Source: a virus
Reading direction: 5' to 3' (one strand)
IMG/VR virus record: IMGVR_UViG_3300010376_000014
Coordinates: 1 to 47,242 of that record
DNA length: 47,242 bases
Part shown: positions 1-8,596 of the stretch, piece by piece
How positions within the stretch are numbered: position 1 is the stretch's first letter
Layout of the letters: each line of letters begins with the position of its first letter
Made by a program: the position numbers and the translations under genes
The notes under the pieces: model-generated
Seen by the model: only the letters and a program-made list of their open reading frames with translations
Databases searched by the model: none
Told to the model about the DNA's origin: nothing

Positions 1-123
1 ATCGGTCCATCCCTGCTGTCCGGCAGTCGGTAGGTTACCGCCTTCAGGGACCGCCCCCAACCCCTCGTTACGAGCCATGTGGACGGGCAGCACCCATTCA
101 CGTCCGGCGAATTGCACGCCTTC
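1..123. repeat. Terminal direct repeat, copy 1 (identical to 47120..47242); circular-closure overlap or collapsed terminal redundancy
   Basis: Direct base-by-base comparison: 1-123 equals 47120-47242. The capsid ORF stays in frame across the junction. Confidence 0.95.
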
Positions 124-312
124 CGATTCACGAGTGAACCCCCGCCAGTCCATGTCGTAGCCGCGTCCTTCGGAGCCTGACGACGAGTACGTGCCTTCCT
201 GGTCGTCGTCCGCTGCGAACATCAGGATGCAGCGCTGATTGAGCTGCTCGCGAATCGGAGTGAGGTAGTACTCCTTGAGAATCGCGTCAGCGTTTGCGGT
301 GGTCTGTGCCAT
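1..312 (-). CDS. Major capsid protein, N-terminal part (gene wraps the window ends and continues at 47119 going down)
   Basis: ATG at 312 preceded by AGGAGA. Reads MAQTTANADAILKEYYLTPIREQLNQ... with no stop down to base 1. Frame joins ORF 46112..47236 through the 123-bp overlap. Full gene is 439 codons plus stop. Confidence 0.85.
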   Translation of the reverse strand, partial: MAQTTANADAILKEYYLTPIREQLNQRCILMFAADDDQEGTYSSSGSEGRGYDMDWRGFTRESEGVQFAGREWVLPVHMARNEGLGAVPEGGNLPTAGQQGWTD

Positions 313-326
313 CGCTTAGGATTCTC

Positions 327-1223
327 CTATCCCTGAGCTTCCGCCCTGTTCGACATGGCGAGGGCTTGCTCGGCAGCCACAGTGGCCTGTCGGAAGGGAT
401 CTCCCTGCCTCGGGCGGAGGTTACCTTGTGGTGCCTGAGGTGCGCCACCTACCATAGTCGGAGGTTTCGGCCCAGAACCGTTGGACTCAGTGAATCCCTT
501 GAGAATTGACTCTCTCATGTTCGTCAACATGGTAGTTGCTGCAGCCACATCGCCATTCTGGGCGATGATTGCGCTGTTGAGCAGCTCCTGTGAGAGTAAT
601 TCCTCAGGGAGCCCCGCAGCGGCCAACGTTGCTCTCATATTGACCTGTGCCTCACCTAGCATCTGCTGTTGCTGCTGTTCCTCGACCTGGGCCACACGCT
701 GATTCTCCTGTTGCTCCATCTGATCGATGCGCGCCTGGAGTGCTTGTGCCCATTGCGGTACCTCCTCACCACCGACGCCAGCACCTGGAGACATCTGCTG
801 CTGGGCCTGGATGAGTGGTGCTATCTGTTCGACCGAGAACGCTGGGTTCGAGATGATGCCATCGTCCTTCAAGGACTGTGCCAGACCGAGCCATGTGCTT
901 ACAGGGTCAGCTCCCCATTGATTCAGGAAGCCTATCATGTTCTGGACTTGGTCCTCAGGAATGGCACCCATCAGGGATCGATATGGAGCGACCTGCTGTT
1001 CGAGTCGAGTCGTATACCCTTGGATCTCCCTCAGGTGCGGCTCTAGCAGTTCACGATGACCTTCCGGGATATTGGGGAACATGCCCCAGTTGAAGCCCTG
1101 TCCGCTCTGTCCGCCTGTAGCCGATTGCCCTTGCCCCTGTCCCTGGCCGCTGGCCGGCGGCTGTGACGTTGGGGTGGGTGACCCTTGGGCGGGTGGTGCT
1201 GACGCTGCTCCTGATGCTTCCAT
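327..1223 (-). CDS. Putative scaffolding protein (298 aa, Q/E-rich, coiled-coil-like)
   Basis: Sits between portal and capsid genes. Q/E-rich helical composition (QMEQQENQRVAQVEEQQQQQ). AAAGGT Shine-Dalgarno before the ATG at 1223. Confidence 0.6.
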   Translation of the reverse strand: MEASGAASAPPAQGSPTPTSQPPASGQGQGQGQSATGGQSGQGFNWGMFPNIPEGHRELLEPHLREIQGYTTRLEQQVAPYRSLMGAIPEDQVQNMIGFLNQWGADPVSTWLGLAQSLKDDGIISNPAFSVEQIAPLIQAQQQMSPGAGVGGEEVPQWAQALQARIDQMEQQENQRVAQVEEQQQQQMLGEAQVNMRATLAAAGLPEELLSQELLNSAIIAQNGDVAAATTMLTNMRESILKGFTESNGSGPKPPTMVGGAPQAPQGNLRPRQGDPFRQATVAAEQALAMSNRAEAQG

Positions 1224-1244
1224 TACTACCTTTCTGGGCTGTAC

Positions 1245-1772
1245 TTACTTGCCTTGGCCCTTCAGACTCCGACCGCCTTCACGACGGTTTCTTGCCTTTT
1301 CTGTTTCCATCGCTCCGCTTCTGGAATATGATCCAGTGCGTCGCTTGTTCTCCATTGCCTCAGCGCGAGCTCCTCTGAACGTCCTGGAACCCCCGCCTTG
1401 GGTTGAAGGGTTGAAAGTATCTGGTCCACGTTCCGATGAGATATTACCGCCCATATCCGGCGGTCCACCAGGACCACCAGGCGGTGCGCCGGGTAGACCA
1501 GGTCCTCCAGGCGGACCCCCAGCAAGAGGCGGTCCTGCCCCCATATCCATACCGGGTGGTGGGCCCCCGGGAGGGCCAGGAGGTCCACCTGGAGTGTTGA
1601 GTCCGGACGTCATGTCTTGCTGGTCATCTCTGGCCACAAGGGGCATGAGTGGCTCAAGTTGCTTCATCACGGCCATGATGCCGCGTTGGATTTGGGGCTC
1701 TGTCTCTTGCTGAGCAAGTGCGGCGAGTATATCGCCCACTTGCTGCAGCATCTGTGCGCCCTGACCATCCAT
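1245..1772 (-). CDS. Pro/Gly-rich head-module protein, function unknown
   Basis: ORF track 175 aa. Central GGPPGPPGGPPPG...GGPPGGPGLPGAPPGGPGGPP tract. Start overlaps the upstream stop by one base. Confidence 0.55.
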   Translation of the reverse strand: MDGQGAQMLQQVGDILAALAQQETEPQIQRGIMAVMKQLEPLMPLVARDDQQDMTSGLNTPGGPPGPPGGPPPGMDMGAGPPLAGGPPGGPGLPGAPPGGPGGPPDMGGNISSERGPDTFNPSTQGGGSRTFRGARAEAMENKRRTGSYSRSGAMETEKARNRREGGRSLKGQGK

Positions 1773-2146
1773 CAGACCGTTCCTCTACCCCACCCGTTGT
1801 TCGGTTCGAGTGGTTCGAGTTCATCTGGCTTGGCGATGAAGACATCTTCGCGGCCGTCGCGTGTGCGGCAAACGTAGTCCTCTGCCTCAGCGAATCGTGC
1901 CTCCGGCACACCTGCCTTGGACAACAGCAGTTGTGTTACATCCTTGTAGTCGACGGCGAGCACGTATGCCATACGACCCTCGAAATCACCACTCTTGACT
2001 CGGACTCGTTGGCCTTCGATCAGGTGGGGGATTCTACCCTCAGCTTCGCCCTTGAGCTCCACAACCTGTGACTCCGGCGCCTTTTCCTCTGCCTTTGAGG
2101 TAGTCTCCTCGACTTCCTCTTCAACGTGTCGCGATGCTGTTGGCAT
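1772..2146 (-). CDS. Hypothetical head-module protein (124 aa, acidic N-terminus)
   Basis: ORF track. Co-oriented and tightly packed between the portal and the Pro/Gly-rich ORF. Confidence 0.55.
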   Translation of the reverse strand: MPTASRHVEEEVEETTSKAEEKAPESQVVELKGEAEGRIPHLIEGQRVRVKSGDFEGRMAYVLAVDYKDVTQLLLSKAGVPEARFAEAEDYVCRTRDGREDVFIAKPDELEPLEPNNGWGRGTV

Positions 2147-2172
2147 CTTTCTCCTTTGCGGGGATTATACGC

Positions 2173-4233
2173 TCATTGGGGTTGGGCGCCGATGATGTTC
2201 GCTGGCGACATCCCACTGAACGCTGCCGGCGGCCCCTCTGGAACTTGTTGACCATTTGCACCAGGCTGTACTGGAGTTGAACCATTCTGACTTGGTTGCT
2301 GTCCCTGCATCTGCGCAGCGTTCATGGCCTGCTGCTCTTCGTAATACGTGTGCTCCTGATCATGTTGCTCGAAGAGCTGCTGGATATCCTGTGATAGCTC
2401 CATAAAGTCAGCAGACTTCATGAAATTTCGGTGTACGTAGTGATGAGCGGGATGATTGTACCACTCCTTGACACCAGGATCCTCACCTGCTTGGAGAATG
2501 TGGTTTTCACGCTCCGCTTGGTCGAGATCAACCTCCCACTCATCTGGATCGCCCTCGGACAATTCAAGCATCTGCCTAACTTTCCTCGGGTCCTGCTCGA
2601 TTTTGCGATCCCACAAGTCCAAAATGTACTGCTGTTTCGCCGCCTTGGAGCGAGGCAGCGCCGATCCCGCTTGAACGACGACCGACGCTGCCCCGGCGAG
2701 CATAGAGCCTTGAAAGTCGATGATCTCAATATCGCTGTGGTTCTTGTATATAGCCACAGTTCTGGGAGTGGTGTATTTCTCCGCCATCAACCTCAGCATG
2801 GCATATGCTACGTTTTCGCAGACTTCCTCGAATTCTTGGACTGTGGTTCCGATCCTGGTGTCGTCTTCTTCTTGGAGGTACGCGATAGCAACTCCCGAAC
2901 GCGCGCCAGGAGGGACCTTTCCCTGCGATGTTTCTCCTTGTCCTGAGATTTCGAGGATATGTTGCTTGAGAATCTCGACAAGATCTGAGACATACTTCGG
3001 CATCTCCGGCATCGTCACTGGTTCCGGCTTCGGAACATTCGGCATGAAGTTGTATTCAATCCTCATGCCTGGCTTATTCTGAATCTCCTTTGTGACCTGG
3101 AGTTGCTTTGGAATCAACCACGGCGGATTCGCCATGAGATTCCTATTCTCTAGCATTTGAGACTCAGTTTTCGACAGTTCGAGAACCGGGCCCTTCAGTC
3201 CAGTCAGAATCGATAGTGGCCACTGAGAAATTGGGAATGGGACGTGACCCATCATGTAGACTGGTAGATCATACTCCCACGCCGTCTTCTTCAGGATAGT
3301 GTCCTTGTTGAAGATCAGGCAGAGTCCGTCGGGGAACTTTGGGTGACCGGGTTTGATCCACATCTGGTGAATGATAGCCAGACGTTGAACATGGGTAGGT
3401 CTAGTTGCCAATTTACCCGTGAGATCGAATCGACCCATGAGACGCTGTTCGATGATACCCGGAAGCGCATTGGTGTCAGGATTGACCACCACACCCCATC
3501 GACGAAAGACCTCCTCCACGTCAAATACAGTGGAGTATATACACCACCAAGCATCGTCGATGTAGTTGACGCTAAAGTCCCATAGTATCTCGAATGGACT
3601 GACTTCTTTGACAATGATCTCTCCATTTGGAATCTTGTGATAGGTTGGCTTCCTACCTTGTTGATCCAGTTCTTGCTTGTAGAGCTCAATGGCGCGTGGG
3701 TCGAATATGGGATTGCCACTATCGTCCACTAGGACGTCGATCTGTCCTAGTTTCGTGTCGTCCCAATCGACAAGTGTCCCACCAAGGCCACAGGTAAGAA
3801 CCCACATGAGCATGTGGCGTCGAACTCGTGGCATGTGGAACTCACGCTCGGCGTAGTTGTTGAGGAGTTTGTCCCCAACCTTCGCAGAGTTCAGGTCGCT
3901 TTGATCGGACGAGCGCGCCAATACGTCCATGATCGGCCGGTTCTTCATGAGCTTCGCGAGCTCTGTGCGAATCGCGGGTTGGGCGAGATTGATCGGGACT
4001 CTTACGCGATGGTCGGGGCGTTTCACTGGCTCGTAGAGCCGACGCTTGTGTATGTCCCACTCGACCCAGAAATCGCCCATATACACAGCGAGGTTCTCCC
4101 ACCACATGCCCTCCCAGTGACGGCGACGTCCTAGTCCTTCCGTATGAAGAGACTGCGCCCAGTGCAGGAGCTTCTTGTCAGTCTCCGATGTGGGCGGCCC
4201 TTTGGCCTGTGGATTGTTTTCTGGTGTAGACAT
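2173..4233 (-). CDS. Portal protein (686 aa)
   Basis: Size and position upstream of scaffold and capsid. Acidic/Q-rich C-terminal tail, as is common in portals. No family motif could be verified without a search. Confidence 0.7.
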   Translation of the reverse strand: MSTPENNPQAKGPPTSETDKKLLHWAQSLHTEGLGRRRHWEGMWWENLAVYMGDFWVEWDIHKRRLYEPVKRPDHRVRVPINLAQPAIRTELAKLMKNRPIMDVLARSSDQSDLNSAKVGDKLLNNYAEREFHMPRVRRHMLMWVLTCGLGGTLVDWDDTKLGQIDVLVDDSGNPIFDPRAIELYKQELDQQGRKPTYHKIPNGEIIVKEVSPFEILWDFSVNYIDDAWWCIYSTVFDVEEVFRRWGVVVNPDTNALPGIIEQRLMGRFDLTGKLATRPTHVQRLAIIHQMWIKPGHPKFPDGLCLIFNKDTILKKTAWEYDLPVYMMGHVPFPISQWPLSILTGLKGPVLELSKTESQMLENRNLMANPPWLIPKQLQVTKEIQNKPGMRIEYNFMPNVPKPEPVTMPEMPKYVSDLVEILKQHILEISGQGETSQGKVPPGARSGVAIAYLQEEDDTRIGTTVQEFEEVCENVAYAMLRLMAEKYTTPRTVAIYKNHSDIEIIDFQGSMLAGAASVVVQAGSALPRSKAAKQQYILDLWDRKIEQDPRKVRQMLELSEGDPDEWEVDLDQAERENHILQAGEDPGVKEWYNHPAHHYVHRNFMKSADFMELSQDIQQLFEQHDQEHTYYEEQQAMNAAQMQGQQPSQNGSTPVQPGANGQQVPEGPPAAFSGMSPANIIGAQPQ

Positions 4234-4326
4234 AAGTTCTGGTGGTGGGCATCGACGCAGCTTCGACCGAGGACTATCGTGTGCTGCGGAGCACCACCAC
4301 CCTCAGAGCGGCGAGGTCAAGTCCGC

Positions 4327-4689
4327 TCACGAGCCTCCTGGTGCCCCCGCTTGACCCCCACCCGGGCCTCCTGCGAGCTGTCGCATCGCGGCGAGTTGGA
4401 GTCGCGCCTGTATGGCGGCCTTCTGATCTGGCGGTGTTGACGGATCCTGCAAGACGCGAGTCATTTGGACGAGCGCATCGGGGTCGGATGACAGGTCGCT
4501 TCCTGTACCCATCAGTGTGGCTAAGTCGACGTTTGATAGGCCAGAAGTGGACGGCAGGCCTGACACTGCGGTCGCGGATGAACCGGGCGGGGTTGCCAGG
4601 CCTGCCGATGGTGTGACATCTGTGGGTGTACCCAGCGCAGGCGAAGCATTCATCGCAGCACGCATGAGGACCCGTGGATCGACTGCCAT
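4327..4689 (-). CDS. Hypothetical S/T/P-rich protein (120 aa)
   Basis: ORF track. Co-oriented. Start shares TAATG with the upstream small ORF. Confidence 0.5.
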   Translation of the reverse strand: MAVDPRVLMRAAMNASPALGTPTDVTPSAGLATPPGSSATAVSGLPSTSGLSNVDLATLMGTGSDLSSDPDALVQMTRVLQDPSTPPDQKAAIQARLQLAAMRQLAGGPGGGQAGAPGGS

Positions 4690-4814
4690 TACTTTCTCCT
4701 GCTCTGATCGATGGCGGCTTGCTTGATCTGGGCGTTCTTGTGTTGTGGCAAGTTCTTTGGCACACCATACTTCTTCGCCCAGCGCTTCGCTATGTCAGGA
4801 TGCTGTGAGAACAT
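4689..4814 (-). CDS. Small basic ORF (41 aa, MFSQHPDIAKRWAKKYGVPKNLPQHKNAQIKQAAIDQSRRK)
   Basis: Hand translation. Stop overlaps the next ATG (TAATG). No clear Shine-Dalgarno. Below the ORF-track length cut-off. Confidence 0.3.
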   Translation of the reverse strand: MFSQHPDIAKRWAKKYGVPKNLPQHKNAQIKQAAIDQSRRK

Positions 4815-4830
4815 GAATCGTTGCTGGGCT

Positions 4831-5202
4831 TTACTTTTGAAGGGGATGATAACACACCTCCTCAGTCACATACCGGATCTGCTCCAATCGCTTCTTGGAG
4901 AGATATGGACTGATGAGTTCCACGAACTTTGCTACCTCTTCGGTTTGACCAATGGTCCACACCCAATAACGATGATGACTACGTCGAGATATATAGGGAC
5001 CATTGATATGACCCAACCCAGTATATCTGACACACCGTTTGAGTGGCTCCAGATTCTGCTGCCCTATTCTCACTACGGATCGAACTGTGTGTCTGTCCCG
5101 TATCTCCCCGCGCCGGTTTCGATAGGTCAACCTCCTATGCGTGAAGGTGCCCTCTCCTTCGTAGAAGCCAGCGACCCACGCAAGTTGAGCTTCTCTGTTC
5201 AT
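4831..5202 (-). CDS. LAGLIDADG-family homing endonuclease (single-motif, about 123 aa)
   Basis: Motif LAWVAGFYEGEGTF near the N-terminus. ATG at 5202 overlaps the upstream TGA (TGATG). Paralogous in layout to 26791..27168. Confidence 0.8.
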   Translation of the reverse strand: MNREAQLAWVAGFYEGEGTFTHRRLTYRNRRGEIRDRHTVRSVVRIGQQNLEPLKRCVRYTGLGHINGPYISRRSHHRYWVWTIGQTEEVAKFVELISPYLSKKRLEQIRYVTEEVCYHPLQK

Positions 5203-5429
5203 CAATGACCGAGCATTCTGTGTGCGCGAGCCCTCACCTTAGCGGCCGCGCCGGGTGGCATGTTCTTCGCCTTCGGAAGCATCTGCAGTGCGAGACGAGC
5301 GTGCTTGAGGTCAGGCATGGGGAATCTATCCTTCTCACCCTGCTGTCTGCCTGGTTGGTGAAACGTCGCGGTCTTCTTTCTCAGCGACTGGGATATCGCG
5401 GCGTCCCTTACTTTTGGATTCGCTGCCAT
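5202..5429 (-). CDS. Hypothetical basic protein (75 aa)
   Basis: ORF track. Tightly packed in the operon. Confidence 0.5.
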   Translation of the reverse strand: MAANPKVRDAAISQSLRKKTATFHQPGRQQGEKDRFPMPDLKHARLALQMLPKAKNMPPGAAAKVRARAHRMLGH

Positions 5430-5430
5430 G

Positions 5431-5619
5431 TCATTCTACCTCTTGTGAAACTGGTGTCTCGACTGTATCCTCAGTCGAATCAATTTTGCCCCATCTCGCC
5501 CATATCGCTGGGCACTGCGCATGCTGCCGCCACATCTCAACTAACTCACTGATAGGCCTACGATCACCACGAGTGACAATCATATGGGAACCACAGACAC
5601 AATGGTACTCGATCTTCAT
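5431..5619 (-). CDS. Hypothetical protein (62 aa, Cys/His-containing)
   Basis: ORF track. ATGA overlap with the upstream gene. Confidence 0.5.
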   Translation of the reverse strand: MKIEYHCVCGSHMIVTRGDRRPISELVEMWRQHAQCPAIWARWGKIDSTEDTVETPVSQEVE

Positions 5620-5867
5620 TCTGCTTCAATCGACGCGGCAGCTGGGGGATTGAGCTCGTACTCACGTGCCTCGTCGATATACGAAACGTCGGATTCCCTA
5701 GGAGTCCCTAAGGACGACTTGAATGATGCTAACGAAATTGGTGATGAAAGTGACATGACTCGATCTGTGAGATCCCTACGCTCTTCCCGAGATAGCCACA
5801 AAAGATATGCGACGACGATCAACGCTCCGAACAAACAGATGCCCAACACTATCACCGCCACGGTCAT
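5616..5867 (-). CDS. Membrane protein with one N-terminal TM helix (83 aa); possible holin or spanin-like lysis accessory
   Basis: N-terminus MTVAVIVLGICLFGALIVVAYLLWL is hydrophobic. Lies two genes downstream of the endolysin. Confidence 0.5.
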   Translation of the reverse strand: MTVAVIVLGICLFGALIVVAYLLWLSREERRDLTDRVMSLSSPISLASFKSSLGTPRESDVSYIDEAREYELNPPAAASIEAE

Positions 5868-6070
5868 GGATTCATCGAGGGAGGTGGGGGCGTAGAAGTC
5901 GATGGCGTCTCGAGGTCCACCTGACCCTTGTGGTCCGCAATACCTGTACGAACCGAGTTGATCGTCATGGTCACCTGGGCACCTTCGTGGAACTGCCAGC
6001 TCTCGACTTGAGTCTCAGCGTCCTGTTCACTATCCGCATCGAAGATGATTGTGACTATGGCTCTGATCAT
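5864..6070 (-). CDS. Hypothetical protein (68 aa)
   Basis: ATG at 6070 forms an ATGA overlap with the endolysin stop. The longer 83-aa ORF-track version would overlap the endolysin. Confidence 0.5.
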   Translation of the reverse strand: MIRAIVTIIFDADSEQDAETQVESWQFHEGAQVTMTINSVRTGIADHKGQVDLETPSTSTPPPPSMNP

Positions 6071-6894
6071 GTAACTGGCGCCTCCCACGTTGCGTTCCAC
6101 GTCTTCGGGCCACACAGACCGTCTGCAGAGAGCCCCTTCTCGGATTGGAATTGCTTGCAGACGCCTTGCGATTGGGAACCATAGATACCATCAACGCTAA
6201 TGGTCCACCCTCGATCCTTCATCTTCTGCTGCCACTTCTTGATCTGACCATTATCGAACCCTCCCCCATGGCCATCATGCCAATTGTTCGATCCATCAGG
6301 CGGCCCGAAGTAATTGTCCTGTGGATACTCCCAAGGCGGCGCGGAGGACGATGGGGGTGGGGTTGACCCGCCTGAGCCTCCACCGCCACCCCGCGCCATG
6401 TCTAGGACGTCGTCTATTGGGAAGGACGACCCGCAGTCCCAATGTCCACCGCCCCATGAGCCAAGATCAGCGTGTTGGCACACCCCCTTGCTTCCGCCTT
6501 GCGCCTGACTTGAACTCAACTTTGTGATTGGAATACCGAACTTGGCTGCTTCTTCGGCTACCCACTTCGCTGTGTTTTGAAGCATAACAGAGTGCTTGTT
6601 CCACTCATCGAAGCTCCACGACGCGAACGCGCACAGTTCTGCCTGTACAGCCACAGGATTGGCGTTCGCTGCGGTCCATGCTTTGTAGTCGCGGCGGACG
6701 TACTCTCCGACTGTGTTGCTCGTGTCATCGATACCGACATGAGAGGAAACTTGGTTCGCTGAGTTTTGGAAGTAGCTCCCAAGTGACTGATACGTGGTTG
6801 CGCCCTCAGCCGTATGCAGTACGATCAAACGTACGGAACTACCTCCGCGACTTGAGTAACACGGCGACGGAATTGAGACTCGTTTGAGTGCCAT
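6067..6894 (-). CDS. Endolysin: N-acetylmuramoyl-L-alanine amidase (amidase_2/PGRP type) with C-terminal peptidoglycan-binding domain
   Basis: VRLIVLHTAEG...SSHVGIDD...CQHADLG amidase signature. G/S/P linker. C-terminal DGIYGSQSQGVCKQFQSEKGLSADGLCGPKTW (PG_binding_1-like). Confidence 0.85.
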   Translation of the reverse strand: MALKRVSIPSPCYSSRGGSSVRLIVLHTAEGATTYQSLGSYFQNSANQVSSHVGIDDTSNTVGEYVRRDYKAWTAANANPVAVQAELCAFASWSFDEWNKHSVMLQNTAKWVAEEAAKFGIPITKLSSSQAQGGSKGVCQHADLGSWGGGHWDCGSSFPIDDVLDMARGGGGGSGGSTPPPSSSAPPWEYPQDNYFGPPDGSNNWHDGHGGGFDNGQIKKWQQKMKDRGWTISVDGIYGSQSQGVCKQFQSEKGLSADGLCGPKTWNATWEAPVT

Positions 6895-7694
6895 TACTTC
6901 AACTCCCAGACGGTGACACGGTGAACGATAACCGGACCTTGACCTCCATTGTTTCGGTCACCGATTGAAAGGAGTAGGTAGTGAGGTGCGCCTTTATCCC
7001 CAGCGGGAATACTCTTCACAAGTTTACCATCCCAATACCGAGCTGTGGTGCCGCTATTGTCGTTGGTTCGGAGGTTACCGAACTTGTGACGACCAGACCA
7101 ATTGCCGCTGATCGGACCGCTATTGACAGGGTGGTCGCTGTTGACGTCTGGACCCCAATGATAGTTGGTACTCGCGAAGTGTGACCCTGATCCCATGAGC
7201 CACTCCAACGTATCATTTTCTCCATCAACCGGCCAATTTTGCCCATTGTCCCACCAAGCGAACCAGGCTGGATTCTGGGGACACTCGATATCTGCTTCGG
7301 CATATCCGTACGAGAACTGGAAACCTTGCGAATTTGCATCAGCGGGGTTAGTGTGCATCATGCAGCCCGTACGCCCGCCGTTGGAGACACCAATAGACAC
7401 TCCACCACTGGAGAGGAATGTGATGTTATTCGGGTCCAGCGGCTGCTGATTGAACGTATTGCCACCCCACCACTTATTGGTCCACACTTGACCCCATTGA
7501 ATATTTGCGAACTGAGTATCGTAGATCGGTGTGGGATTGAGACGAGACGCAACGTCTGCTGGAAGCGATGGCGTATAGCCAGAGGGTGGTGGCGTACTGC
7601 CTCCAGGTGTATACACAGGTGGTCCAATCGGAACTACGATGGTCGACCCGTCATCGTAGGCGAAGTGAACCTGGACTTGAACAGGGTTAGCCAT
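6894..7694 (-). CDS. GH16-like (concanavalin-fold glucanase-like) domain protein
   Basis: Segment WPVDGENDTLEW fits the GH16 catalytic pattern E-x-D-x-x-E. Start chosen at MANPVQVQ (ATG 7694). Confidence 0.5.
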   Translation of the reverse strand: MANPVQVQVHFAYDDGSTIVVPIGPPVYTPGGSTPPPSGYTPSLPADVASRLNPTPIYDTQFANIQWGQVWTNKWWGGNTFNQQPLDPNNITFLSSGGVSIGVSNGGRTGCMMHTNPADANSQGFQFSYGYAEADIECPQNPAWFAWWDNGQNWPVDGENDTLEWLMGSGSHFASTNYHWGPDVNSDHPVNSGPISGNWSGRHKFGNLRTNDNSGTTARYWDGKLVKSIPAGDKGAPHYLLLSIGDRNNGGQGPVIVHRVTVWELK

Positions 7695-7815
7695 TCTCTT
7701 TGTCCTCAGCGGGCTCCTCTTCGCCTTCTGCACCTCCGTGATGAGGTTCTTGCTCCGGGTCCTCGGCAGGCTCCGGCCACTCGGTTTCCTCGGTTTCCTC
7801 TGTGTCCTCGGTCAT
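7687..7815 (-). CDS. Small, extremely acidic ORF (42 aa, MTEDTEETEETEWPEPAEDPEQEP...)
   Basis: Hand translation. GGAGAA Shine-Dalgarno 9 nt upstream. Stop overlaps the next start (AATGGCTAA). Confidence 0.35.
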   Translation of the reverse strand: MTEDTEETEETEWPEPAEDPEQEPHHGGAEGEEEPAEDKENG

Positions 7816-7900
7816 TTCGACTTGTTCTCCGATCTTACTCTTATGTTTCTCAGGTCCGAATAGGTGTGCTTCGGTGGTACAGGCGCCAAAGGTTGAACTT

Positions 7901-8215
7901 CTACGGTCCGGTCAGAAGCACGTGGAGTGTCGCTCCCGCTCCCGTCGCCGTGCTCAGCATCCATAGTTTCCCCAGTCCATTTGCGTCGAACGCCACAGTC
8001 TCACCTGCCGCTAACGGATAGCCCTGCGCAGCCGTCACTCCTGGTCCACCCAAATACACGGCAGCTGTATTCGCCGAGTCTGCCTTGATGATTGCGCCAG
8101 TGGTATGAGGCGCGCCACTTCCTGGCGCTGTCGGTTGAGGCTGCACTTGCTGCGGAGTGCTCGCAGCGGAAACAGCGACATTGAGCGAATAAAAGGACTG
8201 CGGCAAGACGGACAT
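7901..8215 (-). CDS. Hypothetical (104 aa), possibly a small beta-rich virion protein
   Basis: ORF track. GGAGGT Shine-Dalgarno before the ATG at 8215. Confidence 0.55.
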   Translation of the reverse strand: MSVLPQSFYSLNVAVSAASTPQQVQPQPTAPGSGAPHTTGAIIKADSANTAAVYLGGPGVTAAQGYPLAAGETVAFDANGLGKLWMLSTATGAGATLHVLLTGP

Positions 8216-8230
8216 TGTACCTCCAATTTA

Positions 8231-8596
8231 TCACGCCGCCTCAGGACTCTTTGAGGCGGTCTTGGCGAGCACGCGCGATCTGGCCGCTGCTCCCTCTCGT
8301 ATCTTCTCAAGATCTCCTTCAGCCACCGATAATAGCTCGGTGGTACGATCAAGATCGGCACGTAGATCTGCATTTTCTGCGACGACTCGATCATAGGATG
8401 ACCTCGGTTCTCTGTCGATAAGGTCAGCAATCAGTTCAGCACACTCCCAACAAGTGTAGACCGAATTGCCCCAATCGACGTCCACCCCTTCTGAGAAGAT
8501 AGCCTTCATTTGGTTGCCGTGAGTATCGGAGGGATTGTTACCACAATGGATGCAGTGGTAGGGTTGCTCTGCCATGCCATTCACGACTTTGAACAT
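8231..8596 (-). CDS. Hypothetical protein with CxxC...CxxC metal-binding-like motif (121 aa)
   Basis: YHCIHCGN...YTCWEC. TAATG overlap with the terL stop. Confidence 0.55.
   Translation of the reverse strand: MFKVVNGMAEQPYHCIHCGNNPSDTHGNQMKAIFSEGVDVDWGNSVYTCWECAELIADLIDREPRSSYDRVVAENADLRADLDRTTELLSVAEGDLEKIREGAAARSRVLAKTASKSPEAA

Noticed and set aside
1072-1713. 213-aa plus-strand Pro/Gly-rich ORF
   Set aside because: It is the mirror image of the minus-strand (GGPPG)n gene. It is antisense to a tightly coupled operon and has no start context.
1796-1816. GGTTCGAG tandem that superficially resembles a tRNA T-arm
   Set aside because: It lies inside a coding region, and no acceptor or anticodon arm pairing can be drawn around it.
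4242-4768. ORFs of 124 aa (plus strand) and 164 aa (minus strand, alternative frame) around 4274-4768
   Set aside because: They overlap the S/T/P-rich gene and the small ORF. Their Arg/Cys-rich compositions and lack of start signals mark them as spurious.
7239-8021. 260-aa plus-strand ORF antisense to the GH16-like and neighbouring genes
   Set aside because: It crosses three well-packed minus-strand genes. Its Arg-rich composition is typical of antisense GC-rich frames.
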